From NCBI GenBank assembly GCA_039589315.1, contig JBDHHQ010000007.1, positions 48,201-112,200 on the forward strand: 64,000 bases of DNA. Reading direction: 5' to 3'. The position numbers and the translations under genes were made by a program. Source of the stretch: Gemmatimonadota bacterium. Its GTDB lineage: Bacteria > Gemmatimonadota > Gemmatimonadetes > Longimicrobiales > Gaopeijiaceae. Positions 56,869 to 64,000 of this stretch are shown one piece after another. The notes beneath the pieces are model-generated. The model did not search any database. It saw only the letters and a list, made by a program, of their open reading frames with translations, and had not been told where the DNA came from. Position 1 is the stretch's first letter. Each line of letters begins with the position of its first letter.

Positions 56869-58279
56869 GCGCGTCCAGGGCAGCCGGGGCCATGGTCTCC
56901 TCGATGCCATAGTACTCGGACGGTGACCCCGTGGCGGACGTCTGGAAGAGGTGATTCAGGCCGGCCATCTCCCGCACGGTGACGTTGTCGTTTCCACCCT
57001 CGCGCAGGGCGCGTTCGATGGCTTCCAGGTTCTCCCTCGGGGGGACTTGGAGATCCATCTCGCCGTTGAGCGCCAACACCGGAACCTGGACGCGGCGGAG
57101 CGTCGGGAGGGGATCGTAGGTAAGGAAGAACCGGAACCACGGCGTCAGGACCTGGTCGATCTGGCGCGACGCGTACTCCGTGGGGTCCCCTGTCACGCCC
57201 AGCGCCGCCAGGTCGCGCGCGCTCAGGGAGGCGAAGAAGTCCGAGAACACCGCCTCCATGCGGGTCCGTGCCGTGGAGACGTCCTCCTCCTGTCGCACGA
57301 CGGCGAAGAGTCTCTCCTGCGCCGCTCGATTGGCCTCCACCAGCCTCCGGGGTGTGCCACCGGCGAGCGCGATGAGCTCGCCCTGACGGTAGAGGATCTG
57401 CTCACCCGTGAGACCGGGTCCAGCCAGGAGCACGATGAAAGCCACATCGGGGTCCTCGACTGCCACCATGGGCGCGATGAGGCCGCCCTCGCTGTGACCG
57501 ATGATCCCCACGAGATCCTCCGCCACCTCGGGTCGCTGGCGAAGGTACGCGACCGCAGCGCCGGCGTCGTCGGCGAAGTCACGGGACGTGGCGGTTGCGA
57601 AATCGCCGCCCGACGCGCCTACCCCACGGTCGTCGTAGCGGAGCACGGCGACGCCCTTCCTCGTGAGATGATCCGCAAGGACCAAGAAGGGCCGATGTCC
57701 GAACACGGTTTCGTCACGATCCTGAGGTCCCGAGCCCGAAACCAGCACCACCGCGGGCGCCGGGCGGTCGGACCGCGGCAGCGTCAGGGTGCCAGCCAGC
57801 TCCGCTACGGTCGTGCCATCGCCGAAGGTGGCCTCGAGGACCTCGTACGGTAGCGGCTCTTTGGGCTCCTGGGGTCGCTCGGGGACCGGCAGCTCGTCGG
57901 TCCGTTCCATGACCAGCGGGAGGTGGTTCGGGCCCTGGGACCACGTGCCGTCGATGCGGGTGCCTTCCTCGGAGAGTTGGCCCTCGTACCTGGCGCCCGC
58001 GGACGGCACCGTCAGGGATACGGTCTGGCCGCTCAGGGTCACGTCGGCCACCGGGATGCCGGTGGCACCCTGATCCAGGCTGTCCATCGTGCCCGTGACC
58101 GAACCGTCCTCGGAAGCGGTGAAGTGAAGGGCGATCCGCAACTCGGTGCCCCCGGCCTGGAGGGTGCCGAGCCAGTCCCCGATCAGATCGGCCGACTGTT
58201 GGGCCCCCAGCGGTGCCGCGAAGGCGGTGAGAGCGGTGATCGCCGCCGCCTTGCCGCGGGCGTGCTTGAGCGCTGCCAT
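56834..58279 (-). CDS. Secreted alpha/beta hydrolase (S9/S15-like)
   Basis: GSGPQDRDE, RYDDRGVG, GHSEGG nucleophile, D.QV, LNHLFQ. Confidence 0.9.
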   Translation of the reverse strand: MAALKHARGKAAAITALTAFAAPLGAQQSADLIGDWLGTLQAGGTELRIALHFTASEDGSVTGTMDSLDQGATGIPVADVTLSGQTVSLTVPSAGARYEGQLSEEGTRIDGTWSQGPNHLPLVMERTDELPVPERPQEPKEPLPYEVLEATFGDGTTVAELAGTLTLPRSDRPAPAVVLVSGSGPQDRDETVFGHRPFLVLADHLTRKGVAVLRYDDRGVGASGGDFATATSRDFADDAGAAVAYLRQRPEVAEDLVGIIGHSEGGLIAPMVAVEDPDVAFIVLLAGPGLTGEQILYRQGELIALAGGTPRRLVEANRAAQERLFAVVRQEEDVSTARTRMEAVFSDFFASLSARDLAALGVTGDPTEYASRQIDQVLTPWFRFFLTYDPLPTLRRVQVPVLALNGEMDLQVPPRENLEAIERALREGGNDNVTVREMAGLNHLFQTSATGSPSEYYGIEETMAPAALDALTEWILARARP

Positions 58280-58410
58280 GGGAGGTCTCCGTGGGCGGTG
58301 CGCCGTCTCCCAGGGGCGACGCACGTGAGGGGAAGCGCCCGACGCGGACGCGCTTCCCCCCTACGGACGATCCTGCGAGTTTCTTCAGCGTCGTCGGTGG
58401 AGCGGCCTCT

Positions 58411-59289
58411 TCAGCGGGCTTCCAAAGTGATGGTTCCGTCTCCGGTGCGGGCCTCCAGGATGGGGCCCCCGCCGTTGAGGCTCCCGGTCACGCGGTCGTC
58501 GCCGATCCGGCCCTGGAGGCGGAAGGCTCCGTCCATGTCCAGGTCCTCGCCTTCCAGATCCAGATCGGCCGCCAGCGTCGCGGGCGCCCGAATGGTGATG
58601 TCGCCGTCCCCCGTACGCAGGCGCACCTCGGCGGGATCGTCGAGCTCGACCCACAAGTCGCCGTCACCGCTGGATGCCTCGAGGGACCCCCCGGCAACGG
58701 TCAGCTCGACGTCGCCGTCACCCGTCCGGACGGAGGTCTCTGCGCCGTCGAGCAGGCCCGCGCTGATATCGCCATCGGACGTCTGGATTTCCACGCGCCC
58801 ACCGGACAGCCGACCCGCGGTAACGTCTCCGTCGGACGACCGGAGCGAAACGACGCCCGAGAAGTCGGCCACCTGGATGTCACCGTCGCCGGTGCGGATA
58901 TCCAGGGCGGATCCCTCGGGCGCCGCTAGGGCGATCGTGACGCTCGCCCACCGTCCTGCCCGCCACCAATCGCGTCCCATCTGGGGATCGGTGGCGCGGA
59001 CGCGAAGGGTGTTCCCCGTCACGGTGGCCTCGAAGCGCATGGCTTCGAAGAGCTCGCGTCCGTCGTCGCCGTCCCTCCCGTCTACCAGCACCCGTACCTC
59101 CACACCGGCTCCTCCCCGGCTGGCGATGCTCACGTCCGCATCGGCGACGTCCACGTCCAGCACGGCGTCGGCCCCGACGTCGAACGACTGGGCGAAGAGC
59201 TCCTCGCCTTCCTGGGCGTGAGCCGAGGCGGGTGGCGCAAGCATCAGGGAGGCCGCGAGGACTGGGGCCAGGACGGTTGTGGTCTTCAT
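58411..59289 (-). CDS. DUF4097 beta-strand repeat protein
   Basis: Signal peptide; repeated (T/S)(G/S)DGD(I/V); C-terminal G.LNGGGP.L.ARTGDG.I. Confidence 0.88.
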   Translation of the reverse strand: MKTTTVLAPVLAASLMLAPPASAHAQEGEELFAQSFDVGADAVLDVDVADADVSIASRGGAGVEVRVLVDGRDGDDGRELFEAMRFEATVTGNTLRVRATDPQMGRDWWRAGRWASVTIALAAPEGSALDIRTGDGDIQVADFSGVVSLRSSDGDVTAGRLSGGRVEIQTSDGDISAGLLDGAETSVRTGDGDVELTVAGGSLEASSGDGDLWVELDDPAEVRLRTGDGDITIRAPATLAADLDLEGEDLDMDGAFRLQGRIGDDRVTGSLNGGGPILEARTGDGTITLEAR

Positions 59290-59500
59290 GGTGCACGCTC
59301 GTTCTCGAGGCGTTCGTGTCGGTCCGAGGAGTTTGACAGCGCTGGGCGCCGGGGGGTTGGAACACGGCGCGGCATGGTCGACCCGGTGGATGGTGCAGCG
59401 GGGGTTGCGGGCGCGGTCTGCATGGCGGATCGTGCAGCGCCTCGCCGCCCGGTCGTCGGCCCGGGTGCAGCGTTCCAGAATCCCGCGGGAGGGGACTCAG

Positions 59501-60616
59501 ATGATTCACCCGTCGCGCACCCTCACCACGACCGTGGCCGCGCTGGCTCTATGCGCCTGCCAGGATGGGTCGGGGGACCCGGACCTCGCCTTCGGGCCGG
59601 GGCAGGCTGACGTACCGCCTCCCGGGGCGGAGTACGAGGGGGCTGCCTTCACCTTCGACACGATCGTGCCGGGCATCTATCACGCCCGGGGCACAGGTAA
59701 CCTGGTCGCAGGCTCCAACGGTACCGTCGTCGTGAATGACGAGGACGTGCTGCTCGTGGATTCTCACATGACACCTGCGGCCGCGTGGGCGCTGACCCGG
59801 GAGCTCCGCCACATCACCGACAAACCCATCCGCTACGTGGTGAACGCGCATTTCCACTTCGATCACGCCGGTGGGAATCAGATCTTCTCCGGCGACGTGG
59901 AGATCATCGGGCACCCCTACACCCGCCGGATGATGGAGGCCGGCTACGCATTCGGTGGCCGCTCCTACCAGACCTTCGTCGGCACGTTACCGGACCGCAT
60001 TCAGGGCATGCGAGCTGCGCTGGACACGATGACGGACGCCGGGGCCCGGGCAGAGGCCGAGTGGCAGCTGAGGATCCAGGAGCAGTGGCTTGAGGCGGAC
60101 GCCGCGGTCGTTACCACCCCGCCTAACCTCACGATAACGCAGCAGATGACGCTGTTCCGTGGTGGGAGGGAGATCCGGATCCTCTTTCTCGGACGGGGCC
60201 ACACCGAAGGCGACGTCGTGGTCTACCTTCCCGGCGACGGCCTCGTGATCACGGGGGATTTGATCACGGGCGGAATCCCGTACCTGGGAGACGGCTACGC
60301 GATGGAGTGGGCCGAGACGCTCCTGGCTCTGAAAGCCCTGGACTTCGAGGTGATCGTCCCGGGTCACGGACCGGCGTTCCGGGACCCCGCCCGGGTGGAC
60401 CAGCTCTCCGCGTACCTCCGGGACCTGTGGCAGCAGGTCGAGGCGCTCCACGGTCTGGGCGTGTCCATGGAGGAGGCCGTGGGCCGTGTGGACATGAGCG
60501 CCCACGATGTCAACCCCAACCCCCAGGCCGGCGTCAGCACGGTCGCCGTGCGGCGCATCTACGAGCTCCTGAACGGGACCGAAGAGGGTCACGAGATCGG
60601 GGACGACGGGCCTTGA
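59501..60616 (+). CDS. Metallo-beta-lactamase-fold lipoprotein (cyclase-like)
   Basis: Lipobox LCAC; NAHFHFDH..GN; GHTEGD; TGDL; VPGHG. Confidence 0.9.
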   Translation: MIHPSRTLTTTVAALALCACQDGSGDPDLAFGPGQADVPPPGAEYEGAAFTFDTIVPGIYHARGTGNLVAGSNGTVVVNDEDVLLVDSHMTPAAAWALTRELRHITDKPIRYVVNAHFHFDHAGGNQIFSGDVEIIGHPYTRRMMEAGYAFGGRSYQTFVGTLPDRIQGMRAALDTMTDAGARAEAEWQLRIQEQWLEADAAVVTTPPNLTITQQMTLFRGGREIRILFLGRGHTEGDVVVYLPGDGLVITGDLITGGIPYLGDGYAMEWAETLLALKALDFEVIVPGHGPAFRDPARVDQLSAYLRDLWQQVEALHGLGVSMEEAVGRVDMSAHDVNPNPQAGVSTVAVRRIYELLNGTEEGHEIGDDGP

Positions 60617-63600
60617 CGGGCGCAGCGCGGTGGCCGACGGCGAGGCGGGCTGCCGGGCGGACGCTGGGACTGCTCCTGACCGCTGCGCCCGTGGCCGCCC
60701 AGACTCCGGCCGAGATCGAGGCGCTCATCTCCAAGCTGGAGTGGCGCTCCGTGGGACCGGCCGACATGGGTGGGCGAACCGTGGATATCGCGGCGCTGCC
60801 GGGCGACCCGTCCACCGTCTACATGGCGACGGCCTCGGGCGGACTCTGGAAGACCACCGACCGGGGGACGACCTGGTCCTCGATCTTCGAGTCGGGGGGC
60901 ACGCTCTCCCTCGGGGCTGTGGCCCTGGCACCCTCGGACCCCAACGTCCTGTATCTGGGTACGGGCGAAAACAATCCGCGGAACAGCGCGTCCATCGGTG
61001 ACGGCGTGTACCGCTCCACCGATGCCGGGCGCACCTGGACCCACACGGGTCTCGAGAGCACCGAGAGGGTGGGCCGGATCCGGGTGCACCCCACCGATCC
61101 CGATCGGGTCTACGTAGCAGCTCTCGGACACGCCTGGGGCGACAACCCGGATCGCGGGGTCTACCGTTCGACGGACGGCGGCGCCACCTGGGAGCGGGTT
61201 CTCCACGTCGACGAGGGCACGGGCGCCGCCGACCTGGCCCTTCATCCCACAAACCCACGGATCCTGTACGCCGCGATGTGGGATTACCGTCGTCAGCCGT
61301 GGACCTTCCGCAGTGGCGGGCCGGGATCGGGGCTGTACCGCTCCAAGGACGGAGGGGACACGTGGGAGCGGCTGGACGACGGCACCGGGGGACGCGGCCT
61401 CCCCGCCGGAGAGCTCGGGCGTATCGGCCTGGCGGTCAGCGCGGACGACCCCGACCGCGTCTTCGCCATGATCGAGTCGGAAGACGACGGCGTGCTCTGG
61501 CGTTCCGACGACGGCGGGGACGCGTGGCGCTTGGTGACCGATACCAGCGACATCAACACGCGCCCGTTCTACTACACGGACGTACGCGCGGACCCCTCCA
61601 ACGCCAATCGCCTCTTCGCCTTGAGCAGCGGCCTGTGGCGCTCGGTGGACGGCGGCGCCACGTGGGAGCGGATCGCGAGGAACATCCATGGCGATCACCA
61701 GGCGCTGTGGATCGATCCCGAGGACTCCGACCGGATCATCAACGGCAACGACGGAGGCTTCCACTTCTCCTTCGACGGAGGGGACACCTGGGACTTCGTG
61801 AACACCGTGCCGCTCTCCCAGTTCTACCAGATCGGCGCGGATACGCGGGAGCCTTACACCGTATGCGGCGGCCTCCAGGACAACGACGTGTGGTGCGGAC
61901 CCAGCGCGACCCGGGACGTGACGGGATCGCTTGACGGCTACTGGCACGAGATCGTGGGTCCGGGCGACGGCATGTACGTACAGATCGACCCCACGGACCC
62001 GAACGTCATCTACACGAACCGTCAGGCCGGGAACATCTTCCGCGTGGATTTGCGGACGCGGGAAGCCCGCTCCATCGACCCCTACCCAGTGCCGTTGAGC
62101 GGCTCGGCGGCTGCGGAACATCCATACCGCTTCAACTGGAACGCACCCATCCACCTCTCCCCTCACGACCCCGAAACGGTTTACTACGGGGGCAACGTCC
62201 TCTTCCGCACCCGCGACGGCGGGCAGACCTGGGAAGAGATCAGTCCCGATCTGAGCACGGGCGACAGCGCCAAGCTGGGTCCTTCGGGAGGAATCTCCGC
62301 GGACAACACCGGCGCCGAGTTCCATGCCACCATCTATACGATCGCGGAGTCACCTGTCGAGGTCGGGGTCATCTGGGCAGGCACCGACGACGGCCATGTC
62401 CAGCTCACCCGTGACGGGGGTGGGAGCTGGACCGAGGTGTCGGACCGGATTCCCGGCCTGGCCGCCGGTGCGTGGGTGTCCAGGATCGAGGCCTCACCGA
62501 GCGTTCCCGGGCGGGCCTACACCGCCTTCGACCGGCACCGTGAGGACGACATGGCGCCGTACGTGTACCGGACGGACGACTACGGCCAAAGCTGGACGAA
62601 CATCAGCGGAAACCTACCCACGCCCGGCTACGTGCACGTGGTTCGCGAGGATCCGAGCAACCCGGACCTGGTCTACGTGGGCACGGAGCTGGGCATCTGG
62701 GGATCGTGGAGCGGCGGCGGCGATTGGGCGTCCCTGCGGCTCCAGCTCCCTCGAGTGGCCGTCCGGGACATCCTGGTCCATCCGCGGGACAACGACCTGA
62801 TCATCGGCACTCACGGCCGCGGGATCTGGATCCTGGATGACGTGACCGCCCTCCAGGCGCTGACGGAGGTCGTGTCCAAACCGCTCCACCTCTTCGAGCC
62901 TCGGGCCGGAACGCGGTACGAGCCATGGGCCCGCCGATTCCGCTTCGATATCGGCTCCCGGGTGTTCGTGGGCGAGAACCCACCGTATGGGGCCATCCTC
63001 ACTTACGCGGTGGGGCAGAGCGTCGGTGGTGGTGAACCCGCGGCCGACGGCGAGTCGGGGCCGAAGGCACGGATCGTCATTCTGAACGCCGAGGGCGATA
63101 CGATCTCGCGCCTCGAGGGAGAAGCGCGTGCGGGCTTTCAGCGGTCGGCGTGGAATCTCCGTTACGACACGCTACCGGTGCCGGACGGGCCAGGCGGCGA
63201 GGATTCCTTCCGCTTCGCGCTGACGCCGCCTCGGGCGCTGCCAGGCGCCTACACGGCCCGGGTCGAGCTTGGGGAGCACCGGTCGGAGGCTCCCGTTACC
63301 GTCCGGATCGACCCGCGGGCCGACGTTACCCATGCGGACCTGGCGGCCCAACACGACGCGCTGGAGAGGTTGTACCGGCTGGGCGCTGACGCGATCGCCG
63401 CAGTCAGGGGCATCGACGTCCTCGATCACCAGCTCCAGAGCTGGATCGGGAGGTTGGCCGAGTCCGAGGCGAACGGCGAGATCGCTGATTCCGCCGGGGC
63501 CGTTGCCGCTCGGCTCGTGGGCGTCCGCGCAGCGCTGGCCCGCCCGCAGGGAGGCAGCCGCTACCAATCGGGCGCACCGCTCCTGGAGCGCCTGTCCGCG

Positions 63601-63786
63601 CTCATGAACGACATCGGCCGGGCGACGTATCGCCCCACCGCCGCACAGGAGACGTGGATCGGCCGTCATGCCGAGGCCTTCGCCCAGGTCAAGCGGCGTT
63701 TGGACGAGGAGGTGCGGGCCAGCGTCGCCGACCTGAACCGGAGGATGGAGGCCGCTGGGCTCGGGCCGGTGAGAGACAACCGCTAG
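60613..63786 (+). CDS. VPS10/sortilin-like BNR beta-propeller protein, putative glycosyl hydrolase
   Basis: TTGA overlap with the MBL gene; WRSVGP..MGGR; many Asp-boxes; GGLQDN; RFNWNAPI; THGRGIWILDD; GENPPYG. Confidence 0.88.
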   Translation: MTGAARWPTARRAAGRTLGLLLTAAPVAAQTPAEIEALISKLEWRSVGPADMGGRTVDIAALPGDPSTVYMATASGGLWKTTDRGTTWSSIFESGGTLSLGAVALAPSDPNVLYLGTGENNPRNSASIGDGVYRSTDAGRTWTHTGLESTERVGRIRVHPTDPDRVYVAALGHAWGDNPDRGVYRSTDGGATWERVLHVDEGTGAADLALHPTNPRILYAAMWDYRRQPWTFRSGGPGSGLYRSKDGGDTWERLDDGTGGRGLPAGELGRIGLAVSADDPDRVFAMIESEDDGVLWRSDDGGDAWRLVTDTSDINTRPFYYTDVRADPSNANRLFALSSGLWRSVDGGATWERIARNIHGDHQALWIDPEDSDRIINGNDGGFHFSFDGGDTWDFVNTVPLSQFYQIGADTREPYTVCGGLQDNDVWCGPSATRDVTGSLDGYWHEIVGPGDGMYVQIDPTDPNVIYTNRQAGNIFRVDLRTREARSIDPYPVPLSGSAAAEHPYRFNWNAPIHLSPHDPETVYYGGNVLFRTRDGGQTWEEISPDLSTGDSAKLGPSGGISADNTGAEFHATIYTIAESPVEVGVIWAGTDDGHVQLTRDGGGSWTEVSDRIPGLAAGAWVSRIEASPSVPGRAYTAFDRHREDDMAPYVYRTDDYGQSWTNISGNLPTPGYVHVVREDPSNPDLVYVGTELGIWGSWSGGGDWASLRLQLPRVAVRDILVHPRDNDLIIGTHGRGIWILDDVTALQALTEVVSKPLHLFEPRAGTRYEPWARRFRFDIGSRVFVGENPPYGAILTYAVGQSVGGGEPAADGESGPKARIVILNAEGDTISRLEGEARAGFQRSAWNLRYDTLPVPDGPGGEDSFRFALTPPRALPGAYTARVELGEHRSEAPVTVRIDPRADVTHADLAAQHDALERLYRLGADAIAAVRGIDVLDHQLQSWIGRLAESEANGEIADSAGAVAARLVGVRAALARPQGGSRYQSGAPLLERLSALMNDIGRATYRPTAAQETWIGRHAEAFAQVKRRLDEEVRASVADLNRRMEAAGLGPVRDNR

Positions 63787-63855
63787 ATCGCCCCAAGGGG
63801 CTCGGCCGCCGCTGATTCGCGACGCGAGAAGACGCTCGGCGGGAGCCGGGCGGGC

Positions 63856-63999
63856 CTACTCCACCGTGGGAAGGACGGGCTGCCGTTCTCCCCGCACGTA
63901 GCGGACGACGTCCCAGGCGTCGATGGCCAGGGAGATGCCGTTGACCGTGATCGTGGCCAACATCCACCCCTGGAACAGCGTGATGCCGTCGGACACGTC
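63856..63999 (-). CDS. C-terminus of a membrane protein (partial, begins outside the window)
   Basis: Open frame with GC-ending codons: DVSDGITLFQGWMLATITVNGISLAIDAWDVVRYVRGERQPVLPTVE*. Confidence 0.6.
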   Translation of the reverse strand, partial: DVSDGITLFQGWMLATITVNGISLAIDAWDVVRYVRGERQPVLPTVE

Positions 64000-64000
64000 C

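Noticed and set aside
58411..58900. Repeated GACGG(C/T)GAC-like DNA motifs
   Set aside because: They encode the DUF4097 protein repeats and are not an independent DNA element.
1..64000. CRISPR array, tRNA, rRNA, prophage or defence genes
   Set aside because: No regularly spaced repeats, cloverleafs or recognisable cas, phage or nuclease motifs seen by eye; small RNAs could have been missed.

Overview
High-GC (by eye about 65-70%), gene-dense bacterial chromosomal region with about 48 genes or gene remnants. I found no rRNA, tRNA, CRISPR array, transposase or integrase. The gene repertoire suggests a Gemmatimonadota- or Acidobacteriota-like heterotroph (inference): two VPS10/BNR propeller proteins, secreted M1/M19/M20 peptidases, secreted amidohydrolases, two ADOP-type permeases (one with PadR), DUF2911, DUF4097 and an LVIVD protein. 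Most long antisense ORFs in the track are GC-driven shadows. Points of interest: (1) a mycobacterial Sdh1-like succinate dehydrogenase operon extended by a TPR-like gene and a diheme cytochrome c; (2) a four-gene LVIVD propeller / Met-His-tailed protein / multicopper oxidase / barrel-protein cluster; (3) a Vps62-like HEGDWE domain fused to an outer-membrane barrel; (4) a 165-bp MITE-like fold-back element that supplies a stop codon; (5) paired palindromic operators on the padR promoter; (6) a decayed patch at 7.2-10.5 kb with a desaturase C-terminal fragment, a TMTC-like glycosyltransferase, a frameshifted tfoX and an AbrB remnant; (7) a frameshifted M20 peptidase. All family calls come from motif recognition by eye, not database searches.
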